A stretch of 64,000 nucleotides of DNA from positions 116,438,001-116,502,000 of the forward strand of contig NC_058373.1 of NCBI RefSeq assembly GCF_018350175.1, read 5' to 3'. Made by a program: the position numbers and the translations under genes. Of the stretch, positions 38,061 through 48,179 are shown in pieces (within the stretch, counting starts at the first letter, position 1; each line of letters begins with the position of its first letter). Origin of the DNA: Felis catus (Eukaryota). The notes beneath the pieces were generated by a model. That model worked only from the letters and a program-made list of their open reading frames with translations. It was not told the DNA's origin and made no database searches.

Positions 38061-38980
38061 TTTGGATAGTCCCTGGAGTGGTGCGGGACTGCAGGGCACT
38101 TCCCCTGTGCTGTCTTGAATAACTTGTGTTGGTGGGCGGGGCCGCAGTCAGACCTGATGTCTCCCCGAGCCCACCACTGGGGCCACAGTCAGACTGGTGT
38201 GTACCTTCTCTTCCCCTCTCCTAGGGGTGGGATTCACTGTGGGGTGGCATGACCTGTCTGGGCTACTTGCACACTGCCAGGCTTGTGGTGCCGGGGATCT
38301 GGCATATTAGCTGGGGTGGATCGACAAGGTGCACAGGGGTGGGAGGGGCAGGCTCAGCTCACTTATTCTTCTGTGATCCGCTTCAGGAGAGGCCCTGTGG
38401 CACCGGGAGTGAGTCAGACCCGCCGCCGGAGGGATGGATCCGCAGAGGCACAGCCTTGGGTGTTTGCGCGGTGCAAGCAATTCCCTGACAGGAACTGGTT
38501 CCCTTTGGGATTTTGGCTGGGGGATGGGTGAGGGAGATGGCGCTGGCGAGCCCCTTTCTTCCCTGCCAAGCTGCGCTCTGTCGTCCGGGGCTCAACAACT
38601 CTCCCTCCCATTGTCCTCCAGCCGTCCTGCTCTCTGAGCAGAGCTGTTAGCTTATAACCTTCCAGATGTTAAGTCCCGCTTGCTGTCCAAACACACTCCA
38701 TCCCCCCCCCCCCCCCGCTTTTGCAAGCCAGACTCCGGGGCTCTGCTTGGCGAGCGGGCTGCCCCTCCACCCCGCCTCCCTCCCGCTAGTCCGTGTAGCG
38801 TGCACCGCCTCTCCGCCCTTCCTACCCTCTTCCGTGGGCCTCTTGTCTACGCTTGGCTCTGGAGAATCCATTGGGCTAGCCTTCTGGTGGTTTTTTGGGT
38901 TATTTAGGCAGGTGCGGGTGGAATCTAAGTGATCAGCAGGATGCAGTGAGCCCAGCGTCCTCCTATGCCGCCATCCTCCC
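38061..38980 (-). promoter_or_regulatory. L1 5' UTR internal promoter region
   Basis: GC/CpG-rich stretch between the L1 5' end and the ORF1 ATG; YY1-like GATGGCGGC at the extreme 5' end. Confidence 0.7.
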
Positions 38981-40182
38981 AAAAGGTTCTTTATATATTT
39001 TGGATATTAAGTCCTTATCAGATATATAGTTCACAAATATTTTCTGTCATTCAACAGGTTGCCTTTTCGTTTTTCTGATGGTTTCCTTTGCTGTGCAGAA
39101 GATTTTTAGTATGATATAATCCCACTTATTTGTTGCTTTTGCTTTTTGTGTTAGATTTTAACAAATCATCGCCAAGACCTATGTCAAGGAGCATATCACC
39201 TATATTTTAATCTAAGAATATTATGGTTTCATGTCTTAACATTTGAGTTTTTAATATATTTTCAGTTGGTTTTTGCGTATGGTGGGAGACAGTGGTCCAT
39301 TTTCATTCTTTTGCATGTGGCTGTCCAGTTTTCCCGTCACGATTTATTGAAAAGACTATTTTCCAATGTATATTCTTGGCTCCTGTGTTGTAAATTAACT
39401 GGCCACCTATGTGTAGGTTTATTTCTGAGTTCTCTATTCTGTTCCATTGATCTATGTGTCTGTTTTTATGCCAATACCATCCTGTTTTAATTCCTGTAGC
39501 TTTGTAATATAGTTTGAAATCAGAGAGCATGATGCCTCCAGCTTTGTTCTTCTTTCTCAAGAGTGCTTTGGCTGTTTGGGGCTATTTGTGGTTCCATACA
39601 AGTTGTAGGATTATTTGTTATATTTCTTTGAAAAATGCCATTGGAATTTTGATAGGGATTGCGTCAGACCTATAGAGTGCCTTGGGTAATATGCACATTT
39701 TAATGATATTGATTCTTCTAATCCCCAAACACAGGATAGCTCTGTATTTATTTGTGTCTCCTTTAATGTCTTTCATAAATGTCTTATAGTTTTAATACAT
39801 AATCTTTCACCTCCTTAGTTAAATTTATCCCAAGGTATTTAATTCCTTTTGAAGCAATCTATTGCTGTATAGAAACACAATAGATTTTTGGATGCCTTTA
39901 ACAGCATTTTGGAGTCAGCTGAAAAAACCAGTGAACTCAAAGGTAAATCATTAGAGGTTATTAAATATGCACAATTAAATTAAATATACGCAAAAGTTCC
40001 AAACATTTGAAAGTTAACCAATACATTTATAAAAGTCCATGATTTATGTCACAAGGGAAATTTGAAAATATTTTGAATAGGATTTAATGAAAATATAAGA
40101 TATCAAAGTTCATGTGATGCAGCTAAGGGAGTACTCAGAGGGAATTTTATATGTTTAGGTTCATATATTAGAAATGAAGATG

Positions 40183-40645
40183 CGGTGCCTGGGTGGCTCA
40201 GTTGTTTAAACCAATTCTTTTTTTTTTTATTGTTTTTTTAATGTTTATTTATTTTTGAGACAGAGAGACAGAGCATGAATGGGGGAGGGGCAGAGAGAGA
40301 GGGAGACACAGAATCAGAAGCAGGCTCCAGGCTCTGAGCCATCAGCCCAGAGCCTGACGCGGGGCTCGAACTCACGAACCGTGAGATCGTGACCTGAGCT
40401 GAAGTCGGACGCTCAACTGACTGAGCCACCCAGGCGCCCCTGTTTAAACCAATTCTTAACTGATTCTGGCTCAGGTCATGATCTCACAGTTTATGAGTTC
40501 AAGCCCACATTGGGCTCTGTGCTGACAGCTCAGAGCCTGGAGTCTGCTTCGGATTCTGTGTCTCCCTCTCTCTCTCTGCCCCGCCCCTGCTTGCACTCTG
40601 TCTCTCTGACCCTCAAAAATAAATAAACATTAAAAAAAAAAAAGA
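40183..40645 (+). mobile_element. CAN-SINE (host copy, split by an antisense SINE)
   Basis: Head at 40183-40219 continues at 40458; flanked by repeated agaaatgaaga. Confidence 0.9.
40220..40440 (-). mobile_element. CAN-SINE nested antisense in a SINE
   Basis: TSD tgtttaaaccaattctt at 40203-40219 and 40441-40457. Confidence 0.95.
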
Positions 40646-42469
40646 AATGAAGAATAACTTTAAATAAATCATCTATTCATCTCTTGATGAAAGGATACAT
40701 AGAAAGTAGCAAATGCATACATCGGAATGTTATTTGGCAATAAAAAGAAACGAAGTGTGGATGTATGCTACAGCATGAAGGAACCCTGAAGACATTATGG
40801 TGGGGGGACGAAAGTTATGGGGGAGGACATTATGCTAAGTGAAAAAAAATCAGTCACAAAAGACCATGTTTTGTGTAACTCCATTTATAGCAAATGTCCA
40901 GAATAGGTAAATCTGTGGGGACAGAAATTGGATTTGTGATTGTTCAGAGCTGAGAAGGGGGGTTAGCAAGGGGTGGGGTGACTGATAAAGGGCCTAGGAT
41001 TTCCTCTGGGAGTCATGAGAATGTTCTAAAATGTATTTAATGTCAGTTGCACAGTTTTGTGGATATACTCAAAACCATTTAATTGTACACTTTGGGTGGC
41101 TGAATTATATAGCATGTGAATTATATCTCAATAAAGCTGTTACCAAAAATAATCTAAACTTACAACCTAAGAAACCAGAAAGAAAGTGAGCGAATTAAAC
41201 CCAAAGTAAGTAAAAATGAGGGAATATGATAAGAGCAGAAGTCAGTGAACTAGAAAACAGAGGAACCAGAGAGAATGTCAAGCCAAAAGTTGGTTCTTTG
41301 AAATGATTAATAAAAGTAAATACCTAGCAAGACTGGCAAAGGAAAAAGAGAAAGAATAAATAGACAACATCAGAAATGAAAGAGAGGAAGGAGTACAAGT
41401 CCTACAGACATGGAGGTGGTTGCATGACTACATATATGTAGCAAAAACTCATTAAACTATATGCTTCAATGGGTAAGTTTGATTATAAACAAGTTCCATC
41501 TCAACAAAGCTATCAAAGAACCAATTGATATCATCCACCTGATTAATAAAGTAGAACCACATGATTGCATCAGTTGATGTCAGTCCTCCAGGCTTCAAGA
41601 TAGAAGACTCTTAGTTTTTTTTCAGCCCAATCTAAGCATCTTTCCCCATCACCGGTTGTTAAGTCCACCCCACCGTGCATCTTCACGATGTCAGAGTGTA
41701 CATCTTTCGAAGGCCATATGAGTGTGTCTCTTCATTGTACTCCCATGATTTGCGATGACCATTTCAACCCTGCTACTACCCTTTTTCTTACTCCCTTAAA
41801 AAAGGCCCTGGTGAAACTCTGAAGATTTACTTGTGGCTGGCCATTTCTGTCTTTGCAGGCTTCTAAGAACTGGTCAATGACTAATGGCTACTACAGTTCG
41901 TTGACCCTGTTACAACAAAATCTACACCATGAGCACAGGTCAACCCATTCAGTGGTTTCTTTTCCCTCCTGCGGTGATTATGTGCTACAGCAAAATGAAG
42001 TTCAGTACCTGGTTGTGTGAGTGGCCACATATCCAAGGACCATCAAAAGCACATAGACTAAGACCCACGGGAACCTCACCTCGGGTCTGTGACAGACTAC
42101 AAGAAAAGCCGGAGATTTTTCTTTAAAAATGCATCCAGAAGACAGTTCCTCCCAAAGAGAGGGAAGCAAAGGCGGAAATCAATTTCCTTACTCCTATGTT
42201 ATTCACTCAGCTGAAAACCATAAAAAAGGAGGCCTTTTTATGCTTTCTGAAGGTTGTATTAGTGAATCATTCCACTCTGTGGCTTTGTGATGTCTCAAAC
42301 TTATTCTGAGCAATACTACTTTTGACCAAATTCTAGCCTTTGCAGCGTTAGGGCTTCTGGGCAGAATCATGAGGCGAGATAGGGAAGGCTTCCCAAGTTT
42401 CTCCATGCAGACCAAAGACCCAGTAGGAATAAATTGTGAGGCAGTGGCATACACAATTTAAGAGGGAAA

Positions 42470-42710
42470 GACTCGGTGTCAGATAGGCATAGATTGTAGT
42501 CTCAATTTTGGCAATGATTAAGTGTATGGCCTTGGGCAAGCTGTTTAACCTCTCTGAGACTTAGTTTAGGATGGGCGTAATCCTAGGATGGGCGTAATAC
42601 CACTACCTACCTCATAGGCTAGCCAGGAGAATTACATGAAATAACAATTGTAAAGGGCATATAACAGTATCTGACAAAGAATAAAAGAACTCATAATACT
42701 ATTTCTTCAT
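42470..42710 (+). mobile_element. MIR SINE
   Basis: Core 'ggccttgggcaagctgtttaacctctctgagacttagttt..ctacctacctcatagg'. Confidence 0.75.
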
Positions 42711-42811
42711 GTTTACATATATTTTCTGCTGAGGAACCTGGCACTCTGGTACATTGCTGGTGGGAAATACACATCGATACGGCACTTTTGGAAGGCAATT
42801 GCTGTTAAATT

Positions 42812-43021
42812 TTTTATCTTTATTTGGTTTTGTTTATTTATTATGAGAGAGAGAGAGTGAGCAGGGGAGGAGCAGAGAGAGAGGGAGACAGAATCCCAAG
42901 CAGGCTCTGCACTGTCAGCACAGAGCCTGATGGGGGGACTCCAACCCACAAACTATGAGATCGTGACCTGAGCCAAAATCAAGAGTCGAACGCTTAACCA
43001 ACCGAGCCACCCAGGTGCCCC
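42812..43021 (-). mobile_element. CAN-SINE
   Basis: TSD ctgttaaatttttta. Confidence 0.93.
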
Positions 43022-43226
43022 TACTGTTAAATTTTTTAAATCTCATGGGCTTCCAGCTCGTAATTGCACTTGTAGGTGTCTGAATTACAGAACTCTTCCT
43101 AAGTGCATTTTTAACTCTGAAAAATTTGAGTTTGGTGTACTAATAAACCTTATCAAACATACCTGTAGATAAGCTTTTTCCTACAGAGTGCACTGTGTCA
43201 TTCTGAACTAAAAGAGTGCTAGCTTT

Positions 43227-43428
43227 TTTTTTTTTTTTTTTTTTGAGAAAGAGCGGGGGGGAGAGAGAGAGAGTGCGCACAAGTGCGCACACAAGCAGGG
43301 GAGGGAGAGAGGGAGAGAGAATTCCAAGCAGGCTCCATGCCCAGGGCTCGATCCCAGGACTGTGAGCTCATGACCTGAGTCGAAATCAAGAGTCAGATGC
43401 TCAACCAACTGAGCCACGCAGGAGCCCC
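43227..43428 (-). mobile_element. CAN-SINE
   Basis: TSD aagagtgctagcttt at 43212-43226 and 43429-43443. Confidence 0.93.
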
Positions 43429-43859
43429 AAGAGTGCTAGCTTTAATAAAGAATCATCAATGGGTTTCTCACGTTTCCAAGAAAGTCAATCGTCGTTTCCT
43501 GCTATGTAAGAAACGCTTAGAATTACACATAGTAGAATTTTTTTTAAATCTTAGAAATAATAACACGGCTCAACCATCTTCTCTTATAGATGAGAAAATT
43601 TTAGGCCCACTCAAGTAAGATAACTCCCCCGGTTACCCAACTGCCCGTGATGGAACCCCAGAACAAACTGGTCCAGCTGCCAGTTTGTGTTCTTGAAAGC
43701 CAGCTGTGTCCTAAGAATTCATTCTTCCTTATTCTCAAGCAGCAGGCATGACGAGTTGTCCACCCAATATCCACTCCCCCTTTTGTCCTTCCTAATAGTC
43801 AAAAAACGCTAGCTACCCAGACTCCCTTGCAGCTAGACCTAGCTCTCCAGTACCTCAGC

Positions 43860-44900
43860 CTTGGACTGGCCACCTTTGGTTGCTTCTTGCCAAGCCCTTT
43901 CTTGGTTAAGCCACTGCAATCCTGTTTTTACATCCCCTTCACTTCTCAAGGAGAAGAGAGGCTGTGTGTGTAAAGTCTGCCATGCTGAAATTCATCTTGC
44001 TGTCTTCATTCCTGTCTCGGGGGAGGAAGGCATCACCCTTCTCTCCAAATGTAACCATTCCCATCTCTTTCTGTCTCCTTCCATCTCCTCCTCCTCCTCC
44101 TTCTTTTTTTTTTTAGGTTGTTTAATTTAGTCAAGTAATCTCTACACTCCATGTGCGGCTCGAACTCACGACCTTGAGATCAAGAGTCACTGCTCTTCTG
44201 ACTGAGCCAGCCGAGTGCCCCCTTCCATCCCCTTCTTAAGTCTCTTCTCTCTTCTAGTCCCCCCTGCTCGCTCCAAAGATATCTTTAACATTTCCCTTCA
44301 GTTGGGACTTCCTTACAAAATACCATTCTTTTGCCTCACTTCATGCCCTAAACACCCTGGGAGAAGAGATTCCAAAAGCCTGCCCTCCCTGTGGCTAAGA
44401 ATGATTTGGGAATACCAAAATCTGAGGAACACAGTTCAGCACTCACTCTATCTAGACTCGTAACACTTTACCTTGTTGGCCCACCTTTCCCATCATGAAC
44501 TCTGACCTCTCCCGGCTTCCTGACCTCACTCTCTCCAGCTCGTGGACCCTGTCTGCTGCTCAGCTTCCTTCTCTGATCCCTCTCAACCAACCTTGCCCTT
44601 GGAAGCCGGGGTCCCTCCAGTTACCTCCCAGACTCTCTGGGAAGCCTCTCTCACTGATGTGGTCTCAATTATTGGTATTTGCTCACTGTCTCCAAAACGA
44701 CTTCCATATCCCCTAGTTGTTTAGTTTCTTGTGTCCTGATCTTCAATATTTTTAGTCATCTAGATACTCTCCAGCTTCTCCCGGATCTCCAGTCTCAGGA
44801 TGTCCAAAGCCAAAGCCCCAGTATCCCCTTCCCACACCAAACCTGCTTCTGCAACCCTGTCCCTTTCAGTAAAGTGCATCGTCAGTAAGGCCAGGAATCT
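43860..44900 (+). mobile_element. L2 fragments, with a short antisense CAN-SINE at ~44105-44222
   Basis: Pyrimidine-rich L2-like sequence ('tcctgacctcactctctccagc', 'ccaaacctgcttctgcaaccctgtccc'). Confidence 0.5.
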
Positions 44901-44951
44901 GCACCGGAAGGCTTGAAGGTGCAATCTGTTCTATACCAACACCCGTGTTCC

Positions 44952-45165
44952 AACGTTTATTTCAACGTTTATTTATTTTTGGGACAGAGAGAGACAGAGC
45001 ATGAACGGGGGAGGGGCAGAGAGAGAGGGAGACACAGAATCGGAAACAGGCTCCAGGCTCTGAGCCATCAGCCCAGAGCCCGACGCGGGGCTCGAACTCA
45101 CGGACCGCGAGATCGTGACCTGGCTGAAGTCGGACGCTTAACCGACTGCGCCACCCAGGCGCCCC
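44952..45165 (-). mobile_element. Very young SINEC_Fc-type SINE
   Basis: CpGs retained; TSD aacacccgtgttcc at 44938-44951 and 45166-45179. Confidence 0.96.
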
Positions 45166-45501
45166 AACACCCGTGTTCCTAAACATCGGCGTGCGGTACA
45201 GAACTGACCGATGGAAACCACGGGGAAAATGGGTACAACGCTTCACTTCATCAGTGGCTAAAAAAAAAAAAAAAAGGAACCTAATAGAAATGGTAGCATG
45301 GTCTTACCTATGTTAGATGGTTGAGAAGTACATAAATACTACAGTGAACATGGCACTTGCAAAGACCCATAGTTTGCTTATGGAAGTGGCATTGGAAGGC
45401 TGCCTTTTGTAAGTTACCGTGAGGCACAGAATGGAAGCACCAGGTTGGGTAAGTGTGGCTCATAACACACGTGGGGAACTGAGGCAGCTGGTAGATGTTT
45501 G

Positions 45502-45504
<3 letters not shown>

Positions 45505-45551
<47 letters not shown>

Positions 45552-45565
45552 CGCGCATGCGCGCG
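45505..45565. repeat. (GT)n(GC)n alternating purine-pyrimidine tract
   Basis: Directly visible. Confidence 0.97.
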
Positions 45566-46439
45566 GGGATATGTTTTGTATATCCCTAAACTGGATGTGG
45601 TTTTCTGCCTTCACCTGGTATTTCTTGACAGGCAAGTATGTGCAAAGCTGATCCTGAAATCTGTATCATGCCCCGATTGTTCCCTAATATATCAGGAGGA
45701 TTGAAACAAGTTTGAGTTTTCAAGGCAAAGATTATGGTCGAGCCGACCATATCTTGGAAAACGCTCTCTGGTCACCCACACGAGCCCTTGGTCGTGAATT
45801 CCCGTGAATTGTGCTCCTCTCCACATCTGTTTCTTCTTCTCCATCCCTGCCGCTCCTGCTTCAATCCAGATGTGGTTCCCCCGTCCTGTGAGGTTGTAAC
45901 AGCCACCCCACGCCCTTTGAACTGCGCGGCCTCATCCCACCTGTCATCAGGAGCAGCCGGCAGCCAGTCAATGAGGCCTCCTGGCATTTGATGGGGCTGT
46001 GGTCCCTCACTCCTGAGCCACGTGTGCCCTGGCAGATGTGGGCTGATTCAAGGCTTCTTGTAGGGCGTTGTGGGGACTTGAGCACATAGTAGACGTTCCA
46101 CAAGTGCTTGTTTTCCTTCCCCTTTCCTATTTCTTAACTCAAAAGCATGATTTAAAAATACGCATAGCGCTTCCATACTTTGCGTGGGATCAAGCCAGAT
46201 CTCTGGAGAAGGGTTTACAAGACCCTCCCCATCTGGATGTGGCGCGACTTGAAGCCTCATATTCTTTATCTCCAGCTCAGGTCCCAAGTCACCTCTTGTT
46301 TGAAACCCACCCACTGTTTCCTCCCCTCCCTCACTCAGAAACGTACTTTGTCCCTCCCTCAGAACTCCCATCATGCAATGTATGAACACCTCCGATAGCA
46401 TCTCCCCAGTCCGGTGGAGTGCACTCTGCCACTTACAAA

Positions 46440-46950
46440 ACACCCAGGACCCTCACCCCCTTTACTAACAGAACTCAGTTTTATTCACTAAGTTCATCTT
46501 ATCCAACCCTCTCCCATGAGACTCAGGGACGGTGACCCCATTCTCAGAACTGAGGGAGATCCCTTTGTGAGCAATGAAGTTTGAAATGGGCACATGACCT
46601 GATTCTGGAAACTAAGATGGGGAGGTACATCTTCTGGGAAATTTGTGACAGAAATTTCCTCTATTCTAAGAAAGAAATACAGGAAGACATGCTTGTCTTT
46701 CTCCCTTTGGATGTTGTGATGTTTGATGTGATGGCTGGAATTGCTGCAGCCATATTACCTCTAGCCTGGTTTGGACGCCGATATACACAAAACAAGTCGA
46801 ATCCAAGAGAATTATAGAGAAGAGGAGCTGGAACTGTATATAAAGCACATGCCACCTGCCCTACCTCTGGACTATTTGATATTTGAGACAATAAATGTGT
46901 CTGTTGTTCAAGCTGCTCTCACTTGGGCTTTCCGTCTTGATGAAAACTGA
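46440..46950 (+). mobile_element. MaLR LTR (MLT1-like)
   Basis: 'gatgtgatggctggaattgctgcagccatatt..cctacctctggact..gagacaataaatg'. Confidence 0.65.
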
Positions 46951-46959
46951 CCTTAGAGT

Positions 46960-47108
46960 TATTTATGAGTCTCTCTTCAGTGACAGTGAGAAACACAAAG
47001 GGTTTCTTCAATTTATATCCCCAGCACTAGGAAGCACATACCACATATCAGAGGCTCAGCAAATATTTGTTGGATGGATGGATGGATGGATGGATGGATG
47101 GATGGATC
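46960..47108 (+). mobile_element. L2 3' end with (GGAT)n tail
   Basis: 'tatatccccagcactag..gaggctcagcaaatatttgttggatggatgg'. Confidence 0.75.
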
Positions 47109-47559
47109 TCTCAGCATCCTGCCTGTCGTGCTTTCTAATATCTGCCTTCTTCTCAAATATCTTACTAATCATGGAATCTGTATATTAGATAAAAGATTGG
47201 GAGGAGGCAAGGTGTTTGGGCAGGAAGTCCGGAAAGTCATAAAACAAAAGAGCAGCCATGACTGGTATCCTAGGAGTGCCCCAGGGCATCAGGGGAAATC
47301 ACCTGAGCTGATCCTGGGGCCTGTGTTGCAGGGGTGGAGCGGGCATGTCTGTGACAGCTACCGAACGCTCCTGAACCTTCAGCCTCTCTTTCACCAGAGC
47401 TGACAAAGCCCGAGGGTCTAGTACTCCAAGCACAGACGTATATCTCACACAGGTGATGGGGAGGGAAGACTTCCCTAAATTAATAATATCTGGATATCTC
47501 TGATGAACCAGCCAGATATAAGGAGAGAATATGATCATGGAGTCTTACCTTTATGGCGT

Positions 47560-47925
47560 CCTCTCTGAGCCTGCATCATTTCACTTAGTCCTCTCCACCT
47601 ACCTGATGAGTTGGGCACTATGACTTCTTCCACTTAACAGGTAAGGAAACTAGTCTAGAGTTTAGGTGACCTGCCCACAGCCAGTAGGTGGTGGACCAAA
47701 CTCCAGAACCCAGAGAGATGGATGCAAAGTTGCCCTCTGACTATCTTCCTCAAATATCAGTTGGTTAGCTAGCCACTAATATGTTTGACCCTTCCCATAC
47801 CTGTCCCTTCCTCTGCCTCATTTATTTCAAGGACACAGATCTTATTATCCGCTGAGAAGATGGTGGCCCAGAGAGGTTTAGAAACCATACCGGAGTCACC
47901 CAGCTAGTAAGTGACAGAGACACCT
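47560..47925 (-). mobile_element. MIR fragments
   Basis: 'acaggtaaggaaact..gacctgcccacagccagtaggtgg'; 'ggcccagagaggtt..gtcacccagctagtaagtgacagag'. Confidence 0.6.
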
Positions 47926-48179
47926 CAGTTCACTCAATAATCACGGGGCCAAATTTTCCTTGCGGTTAGCGGTGTGCTCTATACTGGCTCCCCGGAAGGA
48001 AAGCCGTGATGTGTGATGTTTTCCCTCATTGTACAAATTGTCCCCCACAGTGGATTTCAGGCTACCAACTGCTGAACACCTGGCTTGCCGGCGTAAGTGG
48101 ACTCCAGCACACTCTACCTGCAGAGTACCACTGGCTCTCCTCAAGAGGCAAAACCAGTGTTGGCCAAAGCCCTGGAATT

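Larger units (their letters stand above)
33077..38980 (-). mobile_element. Full-length (~5.9 kb) felid-type LINE-1, disabled
   Basis: 5' end gggaggatggcggcataggaggacgc; GC-rich 5' UTR; ORF1, ORF2, 3' UTR and poly(A); TSD aaagg(g/t)tcttt at 33069-33079 and 38982-38992. Confidence 0.95.
31498..39887 (-). mobile_element. Composite L1 insertion: 5'-truncated L1 plus extra 3' sequence plus poly(A)
   Basis: TSD ttggatgccttt at 31486-31497 and 39888-39899; T-run at 31495-31509; older L1 body at ~32250-33030 and 38985-39887 (peptide 39303-39560 [16 protein letters not shown]). Confidence 0.85.
39888..41575 (+). mobile_element. Ancient L1M (right part) with nested L1MB-like 3' end at ~40690-41145
   Basis: Resumes ORF1-like 'ttaacagcattttggagtcagctgaaaaaaccagtgaactcaaagg'; ORF2 motifs 'gatgcagctaagggagtactcagagggaatttta' and 'aagccaaaagttggttctttgaaa'. 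Confidence 0.75.

Noticed and set aside
41845..41945. Possible exon (ttctgtctttgcag acceptor, open frame ASKNWSMTNGYYSS..)
   Set aside because: Weak donor (gtcaac), unrecognised peptide and no partner exons; cannot be supported without RNA data
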